NCBI RefSeq assembly: GCF_006345805.1
Contig: NC_043002.1
Span: 45,756,001-45,820,000 of the forward strand
Length of the DNA: 64,000 bases
Direction: 5' to 3'
Source: Octopus sinensis
Taxonomy: Eukaryota
In this document: one piece after another, positions 24,368 to 64,000 of the stretch
How positions within the stretch are numbered: position 1 is the stretch's first letter
How the letters are laid out: each line of letters begins with the position of its first letter
The notes under the pieces: generated by a model
The model's input: only the letters and a program-made list of their open reading frames with translations
Database searches by the model: none
What the model was told of the DNA's origin: nothing
Made by a program: the position numbers and the translations under genes

Positions 24368-27169
24368 TGTTTTTTAATTTAAAAAAACCTAACAAAATAT
24401 CTAATGTCAATATTTTTTACTGCCACTGTTGTTATAGATCTAATGTTTGAAATATCAAGAGACTGATTGTTTACAATCCAAAGTTAACTCAATTCATACA
24501 ACAAAGAGGAGGCTTGTATTATTGTAATGTAACTATATTTTTATACTAACATGGTTCTTGTGATGGATTTTGTAGCAAATTTGGATATTTACACACTGTT
24601 GAGACAATTGTTTCAACAGCTGTTTGGCTGCCATTCTTTTCAACTGTTTACCATTCAGCCACTCATACTGAAAGTGTTTTGGACAGGTGCATGCTGGGAC
24701 AGTTACAAGAGTAAGATTTTCACCCAACAATTACAAGGGGAATAGTCCAGGGTCTACACTTTACAGCTATTGTACTTATGTTTTTATGTTAAATATTCCT
24801 CTTTTAGATTCATGTAAATTGAATTATTTTAGAAAGTGCTACCATATTACTGCAATGATCTATTTACTGTGATAAGCCATTTTATGCAGTTATTTATTTT
24901 GTAATAGAAGAGTACAGCTAATTTAATCAAATTCCAATATATTACTGGTAAATATATTTTATTATCCCCAGGGGGAGGAAAGATAAAAGTTGACTCTGAC
25001 AAGAATTGAAGTCAAAAGAACAAAACTAAATAATGTAATAAAGTAAGTCTCGCATTCTACCTTTTTATATTGAAGGTTTTGGTAACAAATTCTCTTTGCA
25101 ATGCACTAATGCTAATACAGATTTTAAAGATTTTGTTAAAGAATGGCACTCAATCACTAAAATAATCTTAACAATGCCATAGAATTGAGACAAGAAAATG
25201 TAGCAAGAAGTAAAAGGGAAAAATATGTGATAAGAAATTTTTTTATTCTTATATATCATTGATTAAAATGAGTGAATAAGGGAACTCCTATGTCATCAGT
25301 TGACATGCTCACTGCAGACAACCAGACCTCTCCGAATAGGGGATCATGTATTTCAAGTCCTGAATCTTAAGACAATATACCATACAATAAAGAGAAAAGC
25401 CACAGCAAGAGATACTAATATCAATGCTTTGTTTTATTGGTAGTTTCCATACCACAAGTCTCACACAAACAAAGCAAAATGAAAGCAGTCATGAAGATAT
25501 TACCAAACACCAACAATGACAACCCGTCAGCATTTTTATGCCTTTGTTAGAACAGAAGACTCAGTATTATGGGAGAGAAGAGAAAATGGGATAATTGTTT
25601 AACTGTGTGGATAAGAAAGATCCTCAATACAAATATCAAATAGAAAAATGGAAATAAATACATAAATATTCTTACAGAAAAGTCAATCAGTCAAGGCAGC
25701 AGAGGAAATAAGAGAAATGTTAATGAGAAAGGAGAAAACCTTTACTGTACAATTTACATAACTCTATATGCTGCAAAATCAAAGAGAGAACACAAGAAAC
25801 TATTTGAGAAAGAGGGGAAGAGAAATGAAGGAATGAGTGTAAAGTAGAGATAGATGATAGAAGGAAGAAGAGAGTTTGAAAGAACAAGATGGCAATATAT
25901 ATAAAGAAGAAGAGGCAGAGGGAGTACTGCGTTCCACTCGTGCTCAAACCCAGTTGATGCAGGTTACTCTCATCACCCACTACTACTCTCTCATATCCTA
26001 CATAAACCAGCTATACCAATCCATCTTTCCCCCAACTCTGGAAAACCTCATTCTTAGGTTATATTTTCTCCACAAACACCAAATCTGTATATGTTCAAGC
26101 TGAACTTGGACTGCAATAATTTCATCAATAATCTCAAGGGAATTGTAAGGAGTTTTGGACACTTTTTTACATTAAGTTATGAGTAAAAAAAAGACCAATT
26201 GAATGAGAAAACAAAATAGAAATGGAAAAGAAGGTGAGGAAAGGAGGGGGAAAAGACAAGAGAAAGAAAAAGAGAGCATTCTTTTGCAAATCTATAGTGT
26301 TTTGACAATTTGACTGTCTCTCTCTTCTCCATTTCTCTTAATCACATACAGACACACACACATTTTAAACAATACTATAACACAATACAAAAAAATCAGC
26401 AAACACTTCATTGACAGTAAAAATTACCAACTAATAAAGAAATATTTAAGGATGAAAATAAAGCAAAATATTTGTTCAGTGTGAACTGTAAACCCATAAT
26501 TTTTTTATTCATTTCTTTCCTCTTTTTTTTTTTAAAAAAATCTTTATTTTCACTTTGGTAACTTTAACAAGTAAACAAAATCCAAGCAGATTAAATTTCA
26601 TTGAACATTTTGTTTTTCACTCAAAAATTTTTTTCTTCTGTTTTGCTTTTAGAGAGTACTAGACTATATGTGTTTATGTGTGCTTGTGTGTGTGTGTGTG
26701 TGTGCATGTGTATGGGTGATTTAAAAGTTTTGGGGTTATTTTGTATATGAAAAAATTTGACTTGAATTTGAACAAAAGAAATTCCCTGCCAACATGAAAA
26801 TATTCTGAAGATAAAGAAATTTCTGACCAACAATTCTTCAAGATGAGAAAACTCTACTTTAGCAACTATTTTTCTATTATTGTTTTTATTATTAATATTG
26901 AGATTGTTTTATTTATTTTTGTTTAATTTTTTGTACAGTTTGTCAATAATTGATTAATAAAATTTAGGAAACTACAAAGATCATAGAAACCGTTCTCAAT
27001 GTACTGCTTTAGTGGTGCTTAGCTTAAGCTGGCAATATTACTATTTTACATATTATATTGCCATGCCTAGCAAAGTATTCTTTTTATAATAATAATAATA
27101 ATAAAAATAATAATAATCATCGTTTTAGTTTAGGTACAAGACCAGCAATTTTGAGCAATTAAACTGACT

Positions 27170-27557
27170 TCAATATCTGATGGGTACTACATTTAACTGA
27201 TCCTGAAATGATGACAACAAAATTGATTTTGGCGGGATTTGAACTCACAATGAGAAGAGCCAGAAGAAATACCCCAAGACATTTTACCACTGCTCTAATG
27301 ATTCTGACAGCTTATACCCTTAATAATAATAATAATAATAATAATTTCAAAATTTGGCATGAGGCCAGAAATTTCAGGGAGATGGGGCAAGTCAGTTACA
27401 TTGACTCCAGCACTTAACTGGCACTTATTTTATTGATCCCAAAAGGATGAAAAGCAAAGTCACCCATGACAGGATTTGAACTCAGAAAGTAAAGATGGAT
27501 GAAATGCCGCTGAGCATTTTGTCCGGCATGCTAACAATTCTGCCAGCTTGCTGCAAT

Positions 27558-27593
<36 letters not shown>

Positions 27594-27770
27594 TCTTTCC
27601 ATTACAAGCAGAAAGCCAACAGCGATTCCAGTACTCATCTTATCAACCCTGAAAGAATGACAGGCAAAGTTGACCTCAATGGCATTTGAACTCAGAATGT
27701 AAAGAGCCAGAAGAAATGCCACTAAACATTTGTCTGGAGCAGTAACAATTTGGCCAATTCACCACTTTAT
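27170..27770 (-). mobile_element. Three tandem copies of tRNA-derived SINE family B separated by (AAT)n
   Basis: Repeated gatttgaactca.aa (B-box reverse complement), gaaatgcc and gatgaaaggcaaagt, with (AAT)n spacers. Confidence 0.8.
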
Positions 27771-28330
27771 AATAAAAATAATAATCATAATAATAGACTA
27801 TTAGTTTTTACCTGCACAAATATCATTTTGATAGTGAAATTGAAAATTGTCAAAAACTAATTTTCCAGTATTATTTTTCTTAAGAAAAAAAAAAGAAAGA
27901 AAGTATGAATGAAAGAGCAAAAAGAAAAGTCAAAGTAAAGAAAGAAGCATACCTCAGAAATCTAATTTTTCCTCAGTAAATTTATCATGTAGCTCTGGAG
28001 CACTTAAGTTCAAGCGACAGCTTTCATCAGATTAAGCTGGAGCCAACTTATGCTAAATTAAATATATGGTGTTGATTTCAAGCAATTTTTTGAAAATGTA
28101 ATCACAAGATTCACAAAAGAAATGAAATGGATAATGTGTCATTCATGACTTTCTCAATGGTATTAACATAACTGAAGTGAAATATCTATAGCTGGGATAG
28201 AAACTATGTTTATAGACTCAAGTCTATGAGAGTTTATATTTATAGCGTCCGCAACCTTTGGTATGATTGCTAATAATAATAGGAATTATACATATACATA
28301 CATACGTGTGTGTGTGTATGTATGTATGTA

Positions 28331-28399
<69 letters not shown>

Positions 28400-29311
28400 A
28401 TATATATATACATACACACAGCATACACATGCACACTTCTATACTTATGTAAAGAGAAACAAAGACCGACCTGATGCATTTACAAAAGAATGGAAAAGGA
28501 GAAAAGATAAAAAGATGTTGAGAAGTGATGAAAAGGAAACTTTTCTCTTTTATAGCAAGATGTAACTAAAATGCTCAGAAGATAAACACTTTTATGGTAA
28601 TTTTTCATAATATTATAATTTTATAATATTCTATTTGATTTTATTCACAATTAACTCTACTGAACTTAGATTAAAACTAACCTTCAAAGTCAAAAGATTT
28701 TAAAATATTAATATCATAGTATTTTCTACGAAGATTTTAATTCGACTATGATGAGAAAAAAACCATGATATTGATGAGTATAATATTGGAATTATTACTA
28801 TTTAAAAATTCATTTTATTTCCCATGTGTATAGTTGAAATATTCCAAGTGGGCATTTTTCCCTATAGCTTCCAATTGCCATTTTTTTTTTGTTTTTGACC
28901 AAAACAGAATACAGAATGTATTCTTTATAAGAAAGAAAATGAGAAATATATCAAGATTGTATTTTTCCTAAATTTCAATAACAATATTGTTTTCTGCAGT
29001 TTTTGTTTTTAAGATAAAAATCTCAAAAAACAAACAATTTTTCAAGTTTCTCTCTTAAAAAAAAAAGTTTTAAACAAAATAATAAAAGACTTGTACATTT
29101 CATTCTATATCTGACAGTCATCATATAAATATTTTAAATAAGTTGATTTAGCTTGGCCCATGTTAGAAAGAAATTAGAAGTCCACAGATTTGAAAATGAT
29201 TAATGGAATTGGAATAAGAATAAGTTCTAAACACAATGTCACAAGCAACTGAATCAGATGACTTTTTAAACATGTTAAGAAATGACATAATGAATAAATT
29301 GGCCAAAGTGT

Positions 29312-29317
29312 TTTATT
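29312..29317 (-). promoter_or_regulatory. Candidate polyadenylation signal (AATAAA) of WDR7
   Basis: TTTATT on plus, about 140 nt past the stop. The AT-rich context has many alternative hexamers. Confidence 0.3.
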
Positions 29318-29455
29318 TTTGGCATCTTCACCAACAGCCCAAGTAATGTTTGATTCTCACAGCCCTAAATGGAAATCTAGTTTTCATACATACTTGGACA
29401 GATGTTGCTTGCAGGTTGCAAGTAATTCCAGATGCAATAGTTACCAACTACTGTT

Positions 29456-57328
<27,873 letters not shown>

Positions 57329-58009
57329 CTAATAATAAAACAACAGGAGCTTAAGACAAGGAATAAATAACACTTGAAACAATATCCATTTACCAGAAAA
57401 AAGTAGAAAAAAAATTACTACTTTTTATATAAATTTGTATTCATTAAAAAAAATTAAATCTTAATTATTTTAGTTCCACCTTCTCTGCCGGAATAGGTTA
57501 GATGGACTGTCCCAGTTCCAAGCCAATTCTTGTTTAAAATGATTACCTTCCTAGATAAGTCAAAGGAGCATATCTTACTTGTATGTTCCTGCTTCTGGTA
57601 TGGTCCAGCTTTCCTAACAACAATCATTTAAACTTTTGTTACTTCTTATTATTTTCCCAAACATTTCCAGAGTAAGAAATTCTTTTATTATTATCATTAA
57701 TATTATTAATCATCATCATTACCACCACCACCAGCATCATCTAAAGTATACCATGATGGTATGAGTTGGATGGGTCACTATAGCCTATGTCATCTTGTTC
57801 ACAAAACAACATAACAACACTGAATATCATCCTCTGTTTCTTTTTGTACATCTAACAATATGAGCTGGGTGTATTTTAATGTGCTACCAGTACTAGTGAG
57901 GAGACTGAAGTGTATCAATTCTTATTTGGAGCTGATGCCCTCCTAAAATGAACAATGTGTCATATGGCTTGCCAAGTCTCTGTCTTATTTGTACATTTCA
58001 GTGTTCATC

Positions 58010-59015
58010 ATCATCATCATCGTTTAACGTCCACTTTCCATCCTAGCATGGGTTGGATGATTTGACAGAGGGCTGGCGAACCAGATGGCTGCACCAGACT
58101 CCAATCTGATCTGGCAGAGTTTCTACAGCTGGATGCCCTTCCTAATGTCAACCACTCTGAGAATGTAGTGGGTGCTTTTACGTGCCACCTGCACGAGGGC
58201 TAGTTAGGTGGTACTGGCAATGGCTACGCTCAAATGGTGCTTTTTATGTGCCACCTGCACAGGAGCCAGTCCAGTGACACTGGCAACGACTCCGCTCGAA
58301 TGTTTTTTTCACGTGCCACCAGCACAAGTGCTAGTAAGGCGATGTAGGTAATGATCATGCTCAAATTGTGTTTTTAATGTGCCATCGGCACGTAGGCCAG
58401 TTTGTTGCTCTAGCAACGATCTCACTCGCATGGTACTCTTAGCACTCCACTAGCAATGGATGCCAGTCACCGAGTTTGATTTCGATTTCACTTGCTTCAA
58501 CAGGTCTTCACAAGCAGAGTTTAGTGTTCAATGAAGGAAAGGCATGCATAAGTGGACTGGTTACACTCCTGGCATAGGCCACAAGGTTATGGTCTCACTT
58601 GCGCTTGCCGAGTCTTCTCAAGCACAGCATATTTCCAGAGGTCCCGGTCACTAGTCATTGCCTCAGTGAGGCCCAATGTTTGAAGGTCATGCTTCACCAC
58701 CTCATCCCAGGTCTTCTTGGGTCTACCTCTTCTACAGGTTCCCTAAACTGCTAGGGTGTGGCACTTTTTCACACAGCTATCCACATCCATTCTCGCCACA
58801 TGACCATACCAGCACAGTCGTCTCTCTTGCACACCACATCTGATGCTTCTTAGGTCCAACCTTTCTCTCAAGGCACTAACACTCTGTTGAGTATGCACAC
58901 TGACATTACACATCCATTGGAGCATGCTGGCTTCATTCCTTGCGAGATTACACATGTCCTCAGCAGTCATGGCCCATGTTTCACTGCCATGTAGCATGGC
59001 TGTTCGTACACATGC
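58010..59015 (-). mobile_element. RTE-like LINE 3' end with internal tandem repeats and a (GAT)n tail
   Basis: ORF 58743-58997 reads MLHGSETWAMTAEDM...RRLCWYGHVARMDVDSCVKKC; tail catcatcatcat at ~58010. Confidence 0.9.
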
Positions 59016-59925
59016 AGGAATAATACATATTCCCCATAAAAATCTAAGGGAAAAAAAGAATATGTTAAGATTAAATTGTCAACATTCTATATAGTACTAT
59101 GATTTGAACAACTTAACTCAGCCAATATAATAACATATAATAACACTATTTTTATCCTTGGGTAGCAGCTATTATTTCCTATTTGCTTACCCCTAAAAAG
59201 TATGAAAAATGGCTAATATTTCCTTCAAACTTTGCTTTCCTTATTAAAACTCCAAAGAATCCTGCTCAATACATGGCTATGATGCTTCCATACTACTCCT
59301 ACACATCATCAGAAATGCACATACTATCAGCCACAATGGAATATGCTTAAGTAGTTAAGGTCAAGTAACTGACAAGCAAATCTGTGGTGCTGAGCAGAAT
59401 ATTTGCTATAATGATATTTCTGCTTCAGCAACTCAGAGCTGAATCTGTCTGAAATGCAATGGAAAACAGGTCAGTTTCAAAACATTGACGTCTAAGTTGC
59501 AAAAGCAAAGTTTGAAGGGAATAGTAGTAATTTTCTTTGATTTCTAGAATGAAGCAAATAGGAAATAACACTTGCTGACCAAAGACAAAAAGAAAATTTT
59601 GTTACGCAGCATTATGGTTTCTTAATTAATCCTGTGTCTTAACTCAAGAGAAAGGAAAATGAAATTTGTAGCATCTGTCTTTTGCCATGTGCAGTAATGC
59701 ACAGACCAGAGATACAACAATATTGAAAAACCCAATAGAAAACAATGGACCCCAAGATTTAGAAGATTCAACTCTAAAGATGTTCCAGTATGCTTAGCCA
59801 TGGCAGCTAAACCAAACTAAAGGGCTAATAAAATAAAAAAAGAAAAATTAGCAAAGGGGAGATCAGACACAGTTGATTAACAACTTAACATTTCATTTAC
59901 TAGTAATTATTTTATTAATGCATGA

Positions 59926-60090
59926 AGCATAGGAGTGGCTGTGTGGTAAGTAGCTTGCTTACGAACCACATGGTTCCAGGTTCAGTCCCACTGCGTGGCA
60001 CCTTGGGCAAGTGTCTTCTACTGTAGCCTTGGGCCGACCAAAGCCTTGTGAGTGGATTTGGTAGACGGAAACTGAAAGAAGCCCGTCATA

Positions 60091-60123
<33 letters not shown>

Positions 60124-60347
60124 GCATGTGTGTGTGTGTATGTATTTGTGTGTCTGTGTTTGTCCCCCCCAACATCGCTTGACAACCGATGCGGGTATGT
60201 TTATGTCTCCATAACTTAGCGGTTCGGCAAATGAGACTGATAGAATAAGTACTAGGCTTACAAAGAATAAGTTCTGGGGTCGATTTGCTCAACTAAAGGC
60301 AGTGCTCCAGCATGGCCACAGTCAAATGACTGAAACAAGTAAAAGAG
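59926..60347 (+). mobile_element. SINE family A full-length copy
   Basis: ggagtggctgtgtggtaagtagcttgc...ggttccaggttcagtccc...gactgaaacaagtaaaag. Confidence 0.9.
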
Positions 60348-61699
60348 AAGCAAAACAGTTGACAGCAAGGACAATGGATCGTTTCAGAAGTTGCATGGAA
60401 AGTATAATGATTAAGATATCAAAATACTAATCTGATTCATCTATCAACTTGTTAATTTGTAGGACTGAAGTCAAAATAAATGACCTTTACTCAATGGAGT
60501 CAAAAATTTTAAACGCACCAATTTTCTTGTGACTTTTTAAAACCCCTATGAATTTTTTTATCTATAAAAAAAGGTAATTCTTTGGCGATAGGAACATTAG
60601 AAAACATGTAGTAGCAACATGTAACATGGTGAGGACATGACATTCAAGGGATGAGGATAGGAAATATGAGAATGTCATATTTTGTGTTTAATGAAACACA
60701 AATGCACATAGTTAAGAAGTTTGCCTCCCAATCACATATATTTTCTAATTCAGTCTTATTAAGTGGCACTTTGGGCAAGCATTTTCTATATTAAGTCCCA
60801 AGCTTAGCAAAACTTTTGAGTGAACTTGATAGATGGAAAATGAAAGAAGCCCGCCGTGTGTGCTTGTGTATTTTTTTGCTTTTTACTTGTTTCAATCATT
60901 GGCCTGTAGTCATGCTGGGGTACCACTTTGAAGGGTTTTAGTTGATTAAATCAGCCCCAGTACTTATTTTATCAGCCTCTTTTGCTGACACACACACACA
61001 CATTTTCTTATTGTTTTACATCCAGACTTTTGAAAATTTGTACACTGAGAAACAATTGCAATTGCTTTTCAAGCTGGATTTAGTTCAAATTGTTCTCTAT
61101 TCAATTAGAAATTAGAAGTGTAAGCTCTTTGCAAAAAGGCAAAGCAATATCATCATATGATGTTATACAAAAGAATTTATTATACGCTGAAAAAAAAAAA
61201 AAGAAAATGGAGAAAGTCTATTTGATTTTTTTAAAAATTTACTTTTTAAATAAAAATATTTTTTTTTGCATTATTTCATTATGGAGAATTGTTTAAATTT
61301 CTTTTTTTATATATAAACAACTTTCTATAATAAAATGTATGCAATTATGAATTAGTCCTAAATTATGAGTAATATATGGGAGATGTTGGTAGTGTAGAAC
61401 AAAACAAAAACAAATAAAATGAAAAGAAATAAAAAAGATGAGAAAAAAAGCAGGCAACTTAAAGGAAAAGAGATACTGAAAACATTGAGCATGGAGGAAA
61501 CAAGTTTGATGAAAAATGGTGGTAAGCACATGGCTGTGCCAACATTATAGTATGGTTACAACCAAGAAATGAGTAATGCAAGCATTATAGATAAGAATGG
61601 TGAATAAAGCTAAGAAAAAATACATGATGTAAAGTGGCAAGGTCTTTACATATGGCATTGGGAGTGAAGTAAACCTAAAAATATAATGTATCTGGGAAT

Positions 61700-63760
61700 G
61701 ATAACTGTTTCTAATATAGGTACAAAGGCCTGAAATTTGGGAGATGGGGGTTGTTCAATTGCATTTACTTAGGTATTTGACTAATTTATTTCAATTTTAG
61801 AAGGATAAAATGTAATGTTGATCTCCATGGGATTTGAACACAGAATGCAAAGAGCCAGTTTCAAATACTGAATGGTATTTTTTGTGTGATGCTTTAACAA
61901 TTCTTCTAATAAACAGCCTAAGGAATAATAATAGTCCTTTCTACTCCATGTACAAGGCCTGAAATTTGGAGGAAGTAGATGTGTTGATTATATCAATCCC
62001 AGTGCATGACTGGTACTTATTTTATCGACCCTGAAAGGATGAAAGCAAAGTCAACCTCAGAGCATAAAGACAGAAGAAACTGCTGCTAAGCATTTTTTCC
62101 GGTGTATTAACAAATCTGCCAGCTCACCAATTTAATCATCATCATCATCATTTAATGTCTGTTGTCCATGCTGGCATGGGTTGGACAGTTTGACCAGGGC
62201 TGGTAAGCTGAAGGGCTGCATCAGACTCCAGCCTGATGGTTTTTACAGCTGGATGCCTTTCCGAATGTTAACCATTCCAAGAGCGTACTGAGTGCTTTTA
62301 GATGCCTCCAGCACAGGTGCCAGTTGTAGGACACCAGAATTTGCAACAACAACAATTTCACTTGGCTTGATGGGTCTTCTAATAATAATAATAATAATGG
62401 TTTCAAATTTTGGCACAAGGCGAGCAACTGTAGGGGAAGGGGTATGTTGATTACATCGATCCCAGAAAAGATGAAAGGCAAAGTTGACAGCAGCAGAATT
62501 TGAACTCAGAATGTAAAGCTGGAAGAAATGCCACTAAGCATTTTGCCCAGTGTGCTAATCTTTCTGCAAGCTTGCTTACCTTGTTAATAATAATCCTTTC
62601 TGGTCAAAGCACAATGACTGAAACTAGGGGTGGGGGTAGGGTCTAATTGAAAACACTGACCCCTGTGTGAAACTGATGCTTATTTTATCAACCCTGAAAG
62701 GATGAAAGACAAAATCAGCCTTCACAGAATAAACTCAGAACATAAAGATGGAAGAATGTCGCCAAGCATTTTTTCCAGTGCAGTAATGATTCTGTCAGCT
62801 CTCTGCTTTGATAATAAAAATAATCCTTTCTTATTTCTTTACTGCCCACAAGGGGCTACACACAGAGGGGACAAACAAGGACAGACAAACAGATTAAATC
62901 AATTCTATCAACCCCAGTGTGTAACTGGTACTTATTTAATTGACCCTGAACAGATGAAAGGCAAAGTCGACCTCGGCAGAATTTGAACTTTGCCTTTCAT
63001 CCTTTCAGGGATGAAAAATAATCCTTTCTACTATATAGGAAGACCTGAAATTTGGTAAGAGGGAGATAGTCAATTACAGTGACCCCAGTACTCACTGGTA
63101 CTTATCTTATCGACCTTGAAAAGATGAACAGCAAAGTTGATTTCAGCAGAATTTCAACTCAGAATGTAAAGATGGATGAAATGCCCACTAAGGATTTTGC
63201 CCACAGACTTAATAATAATAATAATGATGATGATAAAAATGGTTTTAAACTTTGGCACAAGGGCAGTGATTTGGTAGGAGGGAGTAAGTGGATTAGACCA
63301 ACTGCAATATTTAACTGATACTCATTTTACCAACCCCAAAATGATGAAAGGCAAAGTCGACTTTGGCAGAATTTGAATTCAGAATGTAAAGACAGACGAA
63401 ATTTCGCACAGAGCGTTAATGATTCTACTGGCTTGCCACCTTAATGATAATAATTTTTGACAGAAGCATAAGGACACAAATTTCTAGGGAGAGTGACAAT
63501 CAATTAAATCAATCCCGGTACATGACTGACACTTAAGTTATCAACTACAAAACTTGATAATCTAGTAAGATTTGAACACAGAATGGAAAGGAACATGACA
63601 TAAGGCAATTAAACACTGCAAGGCATTTCTTATAGTCTGTCATTGTTCTGCCTTAAAAATACTGTTTTGGACATGGCCACAAGTTCCTAAAGATTGGGGT
63701 CAGTTGATTGGAACAATCCCAATACATTACTGACACTTATTTTATCAACCCAAGGCTGAT
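61700..63760 (-). mobile_element. Cluster of about eight head-to-tail SINE family B copies
   Basis: Recurrent gaatttgaactcagaatgtaaag and gatgaaaggcaaagtcgac, with (AAT)n spacers. Confidence 0.8.
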
Positions 63761-63832
63761 GGAACAATTGACATAATAAAACAAATTTGTGTGTGTGGGG
63801 GAGAGAGAGAGAGAGGGAGGGAGAGAGAGGGG

Positions 63833-63864
<32 letters not shown>

Positions 63865-64000
63865 GATGAATTGATTGCAATACACACCTATTACTTACTT
63901 TAACACCACTCATACAATCTCGGGAACAAATTTGATAAGGATTGAATTCAAAAGAAGGATGAACATGGACAGAACTATCACCTTTGGACACATAAGAATT

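Noticed and set aside
27995-28035. CTGATGA-AAGC tgtc GCTT-GAAC hammerhead-like motif on the minus strand
   Set aside because: GAAA is incomplete, the cleavage position is G, and no stem I pairing is found.
57565-57640. Mini-exon-like AG...GTAAGA on the minus strand upstream of the first WDR7 exon
   Set aside because: It matches the LINE leader motif (ctcctttgacttatc), is 35 nt, and has no WDR7 similarity.
57329-64000. Additional N-terminal WDR7 exons
   Set aside because: Manual scan found no segment matching the expected WD40 motifs with valid splice sites; the region is mostly SINE/LINE. A small divergent exon could have been missed.

Overview
AT-rich, intron-rich animal genomic DNA full of microsatellites. 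The SINE/LINE families look like those of Octopus; this is recognition from memory, not a database result. Main content: (1) the 3' ~80% of WDR7 (Rabconnectin-3 beta) on the minus strand, as 18 GT-AG exons from 57328 to the stop at 29456 that splice in frame to about 1217 codons; the N-terminal exons were not found and probably lie beyond 64000. (2) The 3' end of an unidentified plus-strand gene for a single-pass membrane protein: a TM exon at 7235-7326 spliced in phase to a terminal exon at 10877-11024, plus a candidate upstream exon at 790-921. (3) A dense repeat landscape: RTE-type LINE fragments, two tRNA-derived SINE families, (GAT)n-tailed LINE-tail elements, TTAA and TA MITEs, a Charlie/SPIN-type hAT deletion derivative with TSD, and Penelope-like elements. 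The most striking observations are type I hammerhead ribozyme motifs, one of them in a non-coding ~475-bp partial tandem unit inserted in (TA)n (retrozyme-like), and a recurring set of fold-back inverted duplications next to (TA)n tracts, several inside WDR7 introns. No rRNA, functional tRNA or CRISPR array is supported. Most ORF-track entries are artefacts of microsatellites or repeats. Repeat boundaries are approximate; exon boundaries were counted by hand.
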